Position numbers and translations under genes: made by a program. Of a DNA stretch of 64,000 bases, positions 1-9,573 are shown piece after piece. The DNA is from an uncultured Bacteriovoracaceae bacterium (lineage in GTDB: Bacteria; Bdellovibrionota; Bacteriovoracia; Bacteriovoracales; Bacteriovoracaceae): positions 23,109 through 87,108 of the forward strand of contig CALIJZ010000029.1 of assembly GCA_938017795.1 (NCBI GenBank). The letters are read 5' to 3'. Position 1 is the stretch's first letter. Every line of letters starts with the position of its first letter. The notes under the pieces were generated by a model that saw only the letters and a program-made list of their open reading frames with translations, was not told the origin of the DNA and searched no databases.

Positions 1-1056
1 TTTGAGATTGACTTTGAATTTAGTAATGAAATTCTTACTATAAGTAAATCACTTAAATCAATAACGTTTTCTAAAGATTATAGCCTTGATCAAACTGAAA
101 TAAAAAAATATTTAACTAAAAGTGCCTCAAGTGATGAGTATGATTTTTCATTTATTGGAATGTGTTCATGGGTTAGTTTTTATACTGGGATGATTAACCC
201 AGGTGTCCAGGCAGTTCTTTATTCTTTTGAGTTTAGTATCAATAGTGAATTAGAAACTATAGATCTTTCAGAAAATTCATTTCACGAAGTCTTTCGAAAA
301 CAGACTGTTAGCGGAACTTTTGGTGTTAATAATAATTTTTTGATCGAATCATTTGTAAGGCCGGAACAAGTTTGTCCTGAATTTACATATAAAGCAGATG
401 ATAAATTTATGAATGATGCATTAAGAGATAAAAATGTATTGGTCTTTGGAGGGATAAGTGGATTTGGTAAATATGTAGCAAAGTTTTTTGCTCTTTACTC
501 AAGATCTATTTATATAGTTCATCGACGTAATACTGAAGATGAAGAAAGTTTTTTGTCTGAGATAGACACAGGACTAAGATCTAAAGTGGTCTTCATAAAA
601 GATGATATAAATAGTGAGAAATCTTATGATAAGCTACCAGTTCTTAATTATGTTTTCTTTAATGCATCTCCCAAAATATTAAAAACTAATATTTTAGAAG
701 ATCGAGCATGTGACACAATCGATACAATTCAAAAATATCTTAAATTAGGAGTGAATTCTTTTTATAAAATCAAAAGTTGTTTAAAAGCCGAGACTTCTGA
801 AATGTTTTTCTTTTCCTCTAAATATGTCGAAGATCTTAGGATTGATTATATAGAATATACTAGTTCTAAAGTTTTTATGGAGCATTACTTCTCATCACTA
901 GGGAAGGCATTAAAAATTAAAATACATAATATACGATTGCCAAGAATGCTAACAAATCAGACGAATGTGATTTTAAACTCAGAAGAAACCTTGACTCAGG
1001 AGAGTGTATTTAGGTCTCATATTTATCCTTTATTGGCTTCAGAAGTTAGCTCTTGA
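1..1056 (+). CDS. SDR-family oxidoreductase-like protein, 5' end outside the window
   Basis: Frame 1 is open from nt 1 to the stop at 1054-1056; the track reports it only from the first Met at 160. Carries the glycine motif VLVFGGISGFGK, plus NAS and YTSSK (YxxxK) motifs typical of short-chain dehydrogenases/reductases. Confidence 0.5.
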   Translation, partial: FEIDFEFSNEILTISKSLKSITFSKDYSLDQTEIKKYLTKSASSDEYDFSFIGMCSWVSFYTGMINPGVQAVLYSFEFSINSELETIDLSENSFHEVFRKQTVSGTFGVNNNFLIESFVRPEQVCPEFTYKADDKFMNDALRDKNVLVFGGISGFGKYVAKFFALYSRSIYIVHRRNTEDEESFLSEIDTGLRSKVVFIKDDINSEKSYDKLPVLNYVFFNASPKILKTNILEDRACDTIDTIQKYLKLGVNSFYKIKSCLKAETSEMFFFSSKYVEDLRIDYIEYTSSKVFMEHYFSSLGKALKIKIHNIRLPRMLTNQTNVILNSEETLTQESVFRSHIYPLLASEVSS

Positions 1057-1063
1057 GTCTTTT

Positions 1064-2371
1064 ATGAAATATATTAATCTTCTTAGGTCTAAAGGCTTCA
1101 CTTGTTCATATTTCTTTGCTCTTATTTTGGCTTTTTTATATATAGATACCTTTGCACCAGGAGCATTCTTAAATATTCATCCAAGGTTTGAAATATTTAA
1201 TGAACTCTTGAATAACCCTAATCCACAAGGCTTTATACCAGCTATTCATAGAATTACATGGAAGATTATTTTAAAGTTTTCAAACAACCTAAGCATTCCA
1301 TTTATTGTCTATTCTGGAATATTAATTTTCAGTCTCCATAGTATATTGTCTAAAAGTAATAAATCAGAGTTGGTGAAGTCTATTGGTCTTATTGTTCTAT
1401 TAATAATTCCTACTTTTTTTCTTTATACTCTTCAACTTTATAAAGACGTACAATTTGCTGCTTTAATGATGCTTGCCTATTCAATAGCACTCTCTAGGCC
1501 AGATAAAGAAAATACAATATTTGCAATCTTGTTAATGGCCTGTTTTTATAGAGTGCATGCTTTACCTTTGAATCTTTTAGTAATGGTTTGTCTGGTTTTA
1601 AAAAATGGTATGAGTAAACTCCAAGTTATCATGCGAGCAGTTTCTTTTGTTATTTTCTATTTGTTGGTTAGTAATGCTTTAAGTAGTTTTTTACCTAGGG
1701 ACAACACATCAACTCATAAGACCATTTTACCAATTTTTGATTTAAATGGTATTGCTGCCCATTCTGAACATCATTTAGATAATCCTTTTGTACTGGATAA
1801 AAATCGCAATTTATTAACTCATGCTCAAAATATTGAAATATACAACCCTAAAAGAGCTGATTTGTGGTTTATGCAAGATGAAATAATTATTGATGTAGGA
1901 CATGAAAACTATTCTGAGTTAAGAGATCTCTGGGGAAGATCTATATTGCAAAACCCAATAGCATATTTGAAACACCGATTTAAAGTGGCTACAAACTTTA
2001 TATTCCCAGTAGAATCAGATTATATCTCTTTCGTTAACCATGATAAAAGGTTAAAAGAATCTAGTTTTTTTTCTCCAATATTAAATTGGTATTATGAGCT
2101 CATTGAAGTCGATTCGGTTATAAATGTCTCTCAAAAATTATTTCTATATATTCTTTTAATGTTTATTAATATTCTTCTAATGTTTATATTAAGAGAAAAA
2201 ATTAAAAGTGCTGATATCGTGTTTTTACTGCACTCTGTCGCTTTTCTTGGGAGTTTTTTCTTTGCTGCTTCAGTAGTTAAATTTAAGTATTGTATCTGGT
2301 TTGTCTGGCTAACTTTAGTTTTATTTTTTAGGTTATTATTAATGGTTAATTATCGGATTAAAGTGAAATGA
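1064..2371 (+). CDS. Polytopic membrane protein, GT-C-like glycosyltransferase/polymerase candidate; paralogue of 17094..18911
   Basis: Many hydrophobic segments. Shares PG.F..HPR, LYKD(V/I).F(A/T)A, LP(I/M)FD(L/I).GI and NP..Y..HR motifs, in the same order, with the 605-aa ORF. Start moved to ATG 1064 (MKYINLL), just after the upstream stop, instead of the track start 1004. Confidence 0.4.
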   Translation: MKYINLLRSKGFTCSYFFALILAFLYIDTFAPGAFLNIHPRFEIFNELLNNPNPQGFIPAIHRITWKIILKFSNNLSIPFIVYSGILIFSLHSILSKSNKSELVKSIGLIVLLIIPTFFLYTLQLYKDVQFAALMMLAYSIALSRPDKENTIFAILLMACFYRVHALPLNLLVMVCLVLKNGMSKLQVIMRAVSFVIFYLLVSNALSSFLPRDNTSTHKTILPIFDLNGIAAHSEHHLDNPFVLDKNRNLLTHAQNIEIYNPKRADLWFMQDEIIIDVGHENYSELRDLWGRSILQNPIAYLKHRFKVATNFIFPVESDYISFVNHDKRLKESSFFSPILNWYYELIEVDSVINVSQKLFLYILLMFINILLMFILREKIKSADIVFLLHSVAFLGSFFFAASVVKFKYCIWFVWLTLVLFFRLLLMVNYRIKVK

Positions 2372-2835
2372 GAAATGTGTTTAGTTGCTTTTTTTTATTT
2401 ATACTTTGTGTATATGGTCATTTTTCTTCTGAGTCCGGAAATCTATTTTTTGAAAATTGTCTAAGCACTGCATTCAACAGTCCTGAAGTAGACAATCAAA
2501 TAGAGTCATGTGTGAATCTACAAGAAAAATTAATAAATTCTAAAATCAAAATGAAAAATCATGAAAAGTTATGTGTGATATATAATCAAGATAAATCCTG
2601 TAAGATCGTTAAGAAAAAATTTTCAATAGATCAGTTTATAGTCAAGATTATTCTTCCGGAATGTGGAAAAGAAAATGGAGATCAACAAAACTGTGACCAA
2701 TTAATTTCAAGTCTGGGTAGTTATACTGAATTTATGGAAATTGCTAAGAATCTCAAAGGTTATAAGATAAATGATACCTTGCTTGATTGTGAACGAAGAA
2801 CAAAAAATAAAAAGATTTGTAGCTATCTTGAGTGA
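2368..2835 (+). CDS. Secreted 8-cysteine domain protein; stand-alone version of the C-terminal domain of 17094..18911
   Basis: ATGA start/stop overlap with the preceding membrane-protein gene. Hydrophobic N-terminus. Cys spacing is 16-20-8-20-9-31-9, against 18-20-8-20-10-41-8 in the tail of the 605-aa paralogue. Confidence 0.55.
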   Translation: MRNVFSCFFLFILCVYGHFSSESGNLFFENCLSTAFNSPEVDNQIESCVNLQEKLINSKIKMKNHEKLCVIYNQDKSCKIVKKKFSIDQFIVKIILPECGKENGDQQNCDQLISSLGSYTEFMEIAKNLKGYKINDTLLDCERRTKNKKICSYLE

Positions 2836-2913
2836 TTTATTACAAATATATCTTTGCTTTTTAATTTCATAGTATAAGATAGAAAAAATATAGCCTTTGA
2901 AAGTTGGATGTAA

Positions 2914-4068
2914 ATGAATTTTTTAGTCTCAGTGTTGGGCCTTGGGATGCCCTTTTTTATAGTGTTTATATTAAGTTCTACTTGCTTTAATTTCAAATTA
3001 ACTGCTCAAACTCAAAGAAAGTTAGCTCACCTGAAAAGACAAATATTTGAATATAAATATAGAAGTAATTTAGATTTAGAATTAAATTATATTGGGAATA
3101 TTGCAAAAAGGCCTTCGCGAACTGTAATAAATGAACTTGCTTCTTTGAGGTCTGTTTATATGCATGTATTTGATTTTTTTAATACTCCTTATTATGAAGG
3201 AGGAGATTATTATCATCAACAAGAAGAAGCTTTAATGGGCTCTTTTGGAAAAAATAAGAACCTCGAAGGTCATTATATAAGAGCAGGTTTTGAAACAAAT
3301 AATATCCAACCTTCACTTCTAATACCTAACCCTGAGTCTAAAAATATATATTCCGATGATGTAAAAGAGTATCTTGAACAAGAATCTGTTTCTAAATTTA
3401 CTCTCAGTAGTGATAAATTTGGTAAAAGAACAACCCTCCCTAAAGTGAGCTCTGAAAAGAAAATATGGGTCATTGGTGATAGTGTTGCTTTTGGAGAGGG
3501 TATTGGAGATAAAGATACTTTAGCTAGTTTCTTACAAAGAGACCTCATGGATAAGTATGAGGTCTATAACTTAGGAGTTGCAGGCCTAGATACAGAAAAT
3601 ATTCTAGAAACATTCGAACGGGCATTTGGCTTTGAGTCTGATCTTGATTATTTAGTATATATTATGTGTGAAAATGATTTTCACGAAGATCCAGCTTTGC
3701 AAATCAGCGCAGAAACTGAGTTAAGAAAAATTGAGAGAAAATTTAAGAAACTCAATATCAATGTCAAAAAGATATTTATCCTTCCTGTTTATAATATAAC
3801 TCATGTTTCTCCTTATTTTATAAATTCGGTGGCATCGGCAAAGAAAAATTCTCAAGTTCGATCTTCGTTTATAAAAAGCGTTAATGAGTTGAGTAAAAGA
3901 GATAACCGATATGAGTTTGTTTCTTCAATGGAAGTATTTTCAAAGTTCGATCAAGATATTAAAACTTATTACTCAATGCTTTCATATTATGTAGATACGC
4001 ACCACTTATCAGGATTAGGCAATAAAATATTAGCTCAAGAGATAAGGAGAAGAATTGAAAAAGAATAA
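2914..4068 (+). CDS. Membrane-anchored SGNH/GDSL-family hydrolase or O-acyl-modifying enzyme
   Basis: N-terminal TM segment. Block I is KIWVIGDSVAFGEG (GDS). Block V is VDTHHLSGLGNKILAQEI (DxxH). Confidence 0.65.
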   Translation: MNFLVSVLGLGMPFFIVFILSSTCFNFKLTAQTQRKLAHLKRQIFEYKYRSNLDLELNYIGNIAKRPSRTVINELASLRSVYMHVFDFFNTPYYEGGDYYHQQEEALMGSFGKNKNLEGHYIRAGFETNNIQPSLLIPNPESKNIYSDDVKEYLEQESVSKFTLSSDKFGKRTTLPKVSSEKKIWVIGDSVAFGEGIGDKDTLASFLQRDLMDKYEVYNLGVAGLDTENILETFERAFGFESDLDYLVYIMCENDFHEDPALQISAETELRKIERKFKKLNINVKKIFILPVYNITHVSPYFINSVASAKKNSQVRSSFIKSVNELSKRDNRYEFVSSMEVFSKFDQDIKTYYSMLSYYVDTHHLSGLGNKILAQEIRRRIEKE

Positions 4069-5089
4069 AAATAGTTTCTTTTATTTTTTTCTATACTTTC
4101 TGCTTTCTTGTTTATGCATTGGTCTATCTTTGTTTTTATTTTTCAATATTAGTGTTAAGGAAGAGGTTAAAGGTCATTCTTTGAGCTACAAAAATAATAT
4201 TCGACCTTCTGGGGTTGATTGGGAACTTTTAAAAAATGAAGTGAGTTTTCTAGCCTCTTGCAAAAGCTTTGTTGATTACAGCGAAGATTTTATTGGAAAT
4301 AAAGGAATTTGGGAAAATCTGATAAAAGCAGATTGGGGCAAGCATAATTATTCAGTTTTTCATCTGAGGCAACAAGAATCTTTAAATAGAGTTTTTCCAG
4401 TTTTATTTTTCAATGAAGATCAATGTGAAAAATCTTCAAATCTTGCTGAGCAGCTGGAGAGGGCATCTATAAAAAAAACTAGCTTAAACTTAAGTAGCAT
4501 GAAAAATAAACTAGATCTTTCTAAGTCGAGTATTGTCAATATTGATATGATGATAGATTTGTTTGTTTCTGATGAGAAATCGATTAATCGAGTCAACACT
4601 GAGCCTAAGTTAGATAAAGTATTCTTGGAAAAAAAAGACTTTATTAATGAATATTTAAATCAAGGTTTTTCTAAAAATATAAATGGTAAAGTTTTTATTA
4701 TTTTAAGCTATGATGAGATGATTGAAGAGCTTGTAGATAGGCTTATTAAGTTAAGTAAGGATGTTAAGAGTAAAATCTCCATTATTCTTCATCAAGAAAT
4801 TTCAGTTCTTGATCAACAGTTTTTCTGGCCAATAAGAAATGGAGCAAGTGTGGCCGATTATACGAATCTTAAACTGATCAGAGATTCTCATAAGAAACTT
4901 GTCGCTAAGTTAAAGAGTAGCTTCAAGGATAATTTTATTATGACTGGAGAGTTATTTGATAAAAATATATTACAAGAGGAAAACTCTTTAACTCCATTCA
5001 TCTATACTCGTTATTATCACGATGAACTTCATATAAGTCCTTTGGGATCTAGATTAGTGTTAGAATGGATTAACGATAAACTAGATTAA
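4055..5089 (+). CDS. Membrane-anchored protein with degenerate SGNH-like C-terminus
   Basis: TTG start overlaps the preceding stop by 14 nt. N-terminal TM segment. C-terminal YHDELHISPLGSRLVLEWI resembles SGNH block V, but no GDS block is recognisable. Confidence 0.3.
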   Translation: MKKNKNSFFYFFLYFLLSCLCIGLSLFLFFNISVKEEVKGHSLSYKNNIRPSGVDWELLKNEVSFLASCKSFVDYSEDFIGNKGIWENLIKADWGKHNYSVFHLRQQESLNRVFPVLFFNEDQCEKSSNLAEQLERASIKKTSLNLSSMKNKLDLSKSSIVNIDMMIDLFVSDEKSINRVNTEPKLDKVFLEKKDFINEYLNQGFSKNINGKVFIILSYDEMIEELVDRLIKLSKDVKSKISIILHQEISVLDQQFFWPIRNGASVADYTNLKLIRDSHKKLVAKLKSSFKDNFIMTGELFDKNILQEENSLTPFIYTRYYHDELHISPLGSRLVLEWINDKLD

Positions 5090-5109
5090 ACTTTATCTAG
5101 AAACGATTT

Positions 5110-6054
5110 TCAGTCTTTTGGGAGATTTTTTAAGCCAAGGGTACTTTCTACCACATAAAGTGGACGGTCTTTAATTTCAATAAATATTCTCGCTAAATAT
5201 TCGCCTATGATTCCAATGCTCATCAGAATTAATCCACCTATAAAGGAAATAAGACAAATTAAAGATGCATATCCTGGAACATCATTGCCGAAGAATAATG
5301 TTCTGAAATACATGAAAAACATATATGTAAATGAAGCTCCGGAGAAAACAAAACCTATATAAGTCCAAATCCTCAATGGTAAATCAGAATATGATAAGAT
5401 TCCATCAAGTGCGAAGTTCCAGAGTTTAAAGAAATTAAACTTGGAGTGTCCTGCTATTCTTTCTTCGCGTTTGTAATAAATCTTTGAGCTACTAAAGCCT
5501 GGCCATGAAAATAGTCCCTTCATGAATCTTGTTTTTTCTTTTAGTTTTAAGATTTCATTTACAATTTTTCGACTCATTAACCTGCAATCACCTGCATTTT
5601 CATAAATTTGGGTTTTGGAGAGTTGATTAAAGAACTTATAGAAATATTTCGCAGATAGCTTTTTAAAATAGCTATCAGTCGATCGATCATTTCTTATGGC
5701 CAATATGACATCTTTCTTAGTTTTCACATACTCTAAATATAGATCTTGTATAATAGAAGGAGGATCCTGGAGGTCAGCATCAATAGGGATGATTGTTTGG
5801 CCAGTGGAGAATTCAAGACCAGCAGTTAAAGCTGCTTCTTTTCCAAAATTTCTCGAGAACTTAATAATTTTAATAAAACTTTTTGTTTTATGAAGCTCTT
5901 CTAAAATGGCTACAGTCGAATCTGTACTTCCATCATCAACAAAAATAAATTCGAATTCTATATTAAGGCCCAAAACAACTGGTTCAGTCCGCTCAATGAA
6001 TTCATTGATACATTTGGCTTCATTGAGAACGGGAATAATGATTGAAATATCCAT
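5110..6054 (-). CDS. GT2 polyprenyl-phosphate glycosyltransferase (GtrB/ArnC/DPM1-like)
   Basis: N-terminus ISIIIPVLNEA...FVDDGSTDST...IDADLQDPP is typical of GT-A family 2. Two C-terminal TM helices (LICLISFIGGLILMSIGIIGEYLARIF) match bactoprenol-phosphate sugar synthases. Confidence 0.8.
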   Translation of the reverse strand: MDISIIIPVLNEAKCINEFIERTEPVVLGLNIEFEFIFVDDGSTDSTVAILEELHKTKSFIKIIKFSRNFGKEAALTAGLEFSTGQTIIPIDADLQDPPSIIQDLYLEYVKTKKDVILAIRNDRSTDSYFKKLSAKYFYKFFNQLSKTQIYENAGDCRLMSRKIVNEILKLKEKTRFMKGLFSWPGFSSSKIYYKREERIAGHSKFNFFKLWNFALDGILSYSDLPLRIWTYIGFVFSGASFTYMFFMYFRTLFFGNDVPGYASLICLISFIGGLILMSIGIIGEYLARIFIEIKDRPLYVVESTLGLKNLPKD

Positions 6055-6247
6055 TTGTAAATTATGCCTTCTATTTAAGCTTAATGGATATTAGCTCTTA
6101 TGATGAAAAAAAACAAACAAAATAAGTTGTGTGATCTAAAATATCATCTTCTTCAAGTAATTCTGATAATAAGTTACTTGGTTGAAAAGATGTCAATAAA
6201 TAGCTAAAAATTAAGAAGTAAAACCTTATAAAAAGTGAGACAAAAAG

Positions 6248-6913
6248 ATGTTAAATCCAGAAATAGACTTCTCAAAGGTAGCTCAAGAATATAATTCTGA
6301 AGGACTTTCTGTTATTGATAATTTTCTAGATCTTAAAACTGTAAAAAGCATCAGAGACTATGCTCTTTATTCCGGAATAAAGGAGGATCTAAGAACTGGT
6401 TATTATACGATCAATTTTAAGCCTCAAGGCAATTGGACTCCAGAATTAGATTCGATAGTGAGGGATCTAAAGGTCAAAATACCATCTGTTTGTGGGCAGT
6501 TTTTACGTGGTTGGAGCTTTGTTTATGATGAAGAGTGTGATGGTGTGTCTATTCATGCCGATCCAGTAAACACTAATTTAAACTTTTGGGTTACTCCTGA
6601 AGATTGTATATCTGATTTTAGAAAAAATGGTCTTATTATTTGGAAAAGTACACCTAAGAAAGGGTGGTCTTATAATGATTATAATACGTCTAATGACGAG
6701 CAAAGAAAGAAGATATACGAATACCTTGCTGAGAGTGGAGCTGAAAAAGTGAATATTAAATATAAGTTTAATAGAGCAATACTTTTTAACTCCCAGATGT
6801 TTCATAAAACCAATGGAGTTAAAACAAAGCCTGGAAAAGAAAACTCGAGAGTTAATTATACATTTCTTTTTGGTGAAGATATGTCTGAAGATAGAAATAA
6901 GCCTATAATGTAA
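6248..6913 (+). CDS. Possible 2OG-Fe(II) oxygenase-superfamily protein
   Basis: Candidate HxD...H facial triad (GVSIHADP ... SQMFHKTN). No other recognisable motif. Confidence 0.3.
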   Translation: MLNPEIDFSKVAQEYNSEGLSVIDNFLDLKTVKSIRDYALYSGIKEDLRTGYYTINFKPQGNWTPELDSIVRDLKVKIPSVCGQFLRGWSFVYDEECDGVSIHADPVNTNLNFWVTPEDCISDFRKNGLIIWKSTPKKGWSYNDYNTSNDEQRKKIYEYLAESGAEKVNIKYKFNRAILFNSQMFHKTNGVKTKPGKENSRVNYTFLFGEDMSEDRNKPIM

Positions 6914-7041
6914 AAAATGATGAATCTCTTGACCATTAGAAGCCTTGCGGTGCATTGAGAAAAATTAAAGTAATAATTCTAGATCATTTTTGAGAGAAAT
7001 ATACATTCTTATTTTAGATTAATCAGATTAATATAGCTTGT

Positions 7042-8046
7042 ATGAAGTTAACTAAAGTGAAGATATATGGTGCGGGATCGGTAGGCAATCACTTTGCTAA
7101 TGCCTGTAGAGAGCTAGAGATAGACGTCACCGTCATAGATCCAGACGCAGCAGCTTTAAAAAGAATGAAAAGTGAGCTTTATCCCTCAAGGTATGGATCT
7201 TGGGATGATAAGATTGTGCTTTCGCAAGACAATATTCATGATCAATTTGATCTTACTATTATTGGAACCCCTCCCGAATTTCATACTAAAATTGCATTGT
7301 CTGAACTTGAAGAAGGGTTAACTAAATGTTTATTGATAGAAAAGCCGTTATCTTTCCCTAAAGATAAATTGCTAGAGAAGTCTTTATTTGAGAAATCTTC
7401 TATACCTATATTAATCGGATATAATCATAACCTTTCTCCAGCAATTAATTTTTTAAAAGAAAAAATAATAAGTGGAGAACTGGGTGAAGTTTATAACGTC
7501 GAAGTATCTTTTAGAGAAAACATTAATTATATTCTTGCTGCTCATCCATGGTTAGCCAGTAAGAATAGTTCTTACCTTGGCCAATTATCAAAAGGTGGAG
7601 GAGCAGCTTTTGAACACTCTCATGGCCTGGCGATGTGGTTGTATTTAAGTGAGTTTTGGGTTGATGGTGAAATAAGTGCAGATTCAGTAATTAATAAAGC
7701 TGAAGGATTTGATGAGCTTGCTTGCTTTAACTTGAGTAGCAATGGCAAATATATTGGTAAAGTTATTCAAGATTTTAAATCTACACCTGCTCTTAAAGAA
7801 TGTAGGGTCTTTGGGACAAATGGCTATATGGAATGGAAATGTGCTAATAATCCCAAGAGGGAAGTTGTGACTATTGAAAATATTGACGGTGTAATAGTTA
7901 AAGATTTTTTAAAACAACGAAGCACTGACTTTGTTCAAGAGTTAAAACATATAAACGATATTTTAGAAGGACAGATCTTGCCAGAGTCTAGTCCCATAAG
8001 CTTTTCTAAAGGTATGAGAGTATATAAAGTGCTAAATAGTATTTAA
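7042..8046 (+). CDS. Gfo/Idh/MocA-family NAD(P)-dependent oxidoreductase
   Basis: N-terminal Rossmann motif KIYGAGSVGNHFA. LIEKPLS (EKP) motif characteristic of the family. Confidence 0.6.
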   Translation: MKLTKVKIYGAGSVGNHFANACRELEIDVTVIDPDAAALKRMKSELYPSRYGSWDDKIVLSQDNIHDQFDLTIIGTPPEFHTKIALSELEEGLTKCLLIEKPLSFPKDKLLEKSLFEKSSIPILIGYNHNLSPAINFLKEKIISGELGEVYNVEVSFRENINYILAAHPWLASKNSSYLGQLSKGGGAAFEHSHGLAMWLYLSEFWVDGEISADSVINKAEGFDELACFNLSSNGKYIGKVIQDFKSTPALKECRVFGTNGYMEWKCANNPKREVVTIENIDGVIVKDFLKQRSTDFVQELKHINDILEGQILPESSPISFSKGMRVYKVLNSI

Positions 8047-8060
8047 AATAGGAGCTTGAT

Positions 8061-9569
8061 TTGAAAACAAGTAATAACTTTGAAAATGTTTTTATTTTAG
8101 AAATGGCCAATAACCACAATGGTGATATGGAGCATGCGAAAAACATCATTGATACATTTTCTTCGCTTATTACTACCTATCCCTTCAAGTTTGGAATAAA
8201 GTTTCAACTTCGGCACTACGATACATTCATACACCCAGATGCGAAGGGAAGTGATGCAAAACTAGTGAAAAGGTTAGAGTCTACCAAGTTAAGTGATGAA
8301 CAATTCTTAACTTTAGCAAACTATGCTAAAAGCAGAGGTTTTTTAACTATTGCAACTATTTTTGATGAAAACTCAATAGATCTATTTAATCAATGTGATT
8401 TTGATATTTTAAAAATTGCAAGTTGTTCGGCTGATGATTTACCATTGCTCAAAAGTTTAGCTTCAATTAACAAGCCAACTATTTTATCGACTGCATCTCT
8501 TGAGATAAATGAAATTTTAAAAAGCATTAAATTACTCAAAAAGGATAACTCTAACTTAGCGATCATGCATTGTGTTGCTTTATATCCAACTCCTAACGCT
8601 CAATCTCTGTTAAATAGAATCGACCTTCTAAGAAGAAGCCTGCCTGGCTTTGAGATAGGTTATTCTACCCATGAAGACCCTTCAAGCTTAAAGTCTGCAC
8701 CGATTATGGCCGGGAAAAATGTGAATTTATTTGAAAAACATATCAATATAAAGAGTGAAAAATATTCAATTAACAAGTATTCAGCTGAAATTGGAGACTT
8801 AGAGAAATGGTTAAATGAGTTAATGGAATATAGATCAATGTGCTCAATTAGTGAAATTGAAAAGGTTAATTCCGAACAAAAAAACTCATTGATTCATTTA
8901 AAGAGAGGGGTTTTTTATAACCCTGAAGCTAATAGAAATATTTTCTTTGCAATTCCTAAAAAGGAAGGTCAATTAGACGTGAGCGACGTCGATCATGACT
9001 TTGTTTGTAAAGATAAGCTAGTTCTAAACTCAGCTCTCATTAAGGATTCTCACGGCATTGGGCAGGATTTAACTCTAAATAGTGTTGCAGAAAAACTACT
9101 TTTTAGAGTAAATGAGTTACTTAATGCTAAGAATGTGAGATTGCCAGGTGAGTTTGAGTTAGAATTATCACATCATTATGGAATAGAAAATTTTGATAAA
9201 ACGGGTGTTATTATTTTAAATATTTTAAATAAATCATATTGTAAGAAATATCTTGTGTTCTTGGGGGGACAAAACCATCCAGAACATTATCATGAAAGAG
9301 AAGAAAGTCTTAAGCTTATCTCTGGTAGAGTAGACATTTCGATTGAAGGTAAATTAGACGAAATGGTTGTGGACAATTATTATCATGTCCCTAGTAATAA
9401 AAAGCACCATTTTGTAAGTCATGAAGATTCAATCCTTGAAGAAATTTCTACTTTTGATCACGGGAAAGGCAGTATTTACACTGATCAATCAATCACCGAA
9501 AGAGGGATAGAGAGCAGGAAGACTAAATTTAAAATAAAGAATTTAAGTAATGTCTTTCATCTTTCCTAA
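8061..9569 (+). CDS. NeuB-family ulosonic/nonulosonic acid synthase fused to a C-terminal cupin-like domain
   Basis: AGGAG sits 6 nt before the TTG start. The N-terminal ~280 aa align by eye with E. coli NeuB (FILEMANNHNGD, FDILKIASC, LSTASLE, MHCVALYPTP, GYSTHE, EKHI). The C-terminus has GGQNHPEHYHEREESLKLISGRVDI, a cupin-type metal motif, where the usual SAF/antifreeze-like domain would be. Confidence 0.75.
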   Translation: MKTSNNFENVFILEMANNHNGDMEHAKNIIDTFSSLITTYPFKFGIKFQLRHYDTFIHPDAKGSDAKLVKRLESTKLSDEQFLTLANYAKSRGFLTIATIFDENSIDLFNQCDFDILKIASCSADDLPLLKSLASINKPTILSTASLEINEILKSIKLLKKDNSNLAIMHCVALYPTPNAQSLLNRIDLLRRSLPGFEIGYSTHEDPSSLKSAPIMAGKNVNLFEKHINIKSEKYSINKYSAEIGDLEKWLNELMEYRSMCSISEIEKVNSEQKNSLIHLKRGVFYNPEANRNIFFAIPKKEGQLDVSDVDHDFVCKDKLVLNSALIKDSHGIGQDLTLNSVAEKLLFRVNELLNAKNVRLPGEFELELSHHYGIENFDKTGVIILNILNKSYCKKYLVFLGGQNHPEHYHEREESLKLISGRVDISIEGKLDEMVVDNYYHVPSNKKHHFVSHEDSILEEISTFDHGKGSIYTDQSITERGIESRKTKFKIKNLSNVFHLS

Positions 9570-9573
9570 ATGA

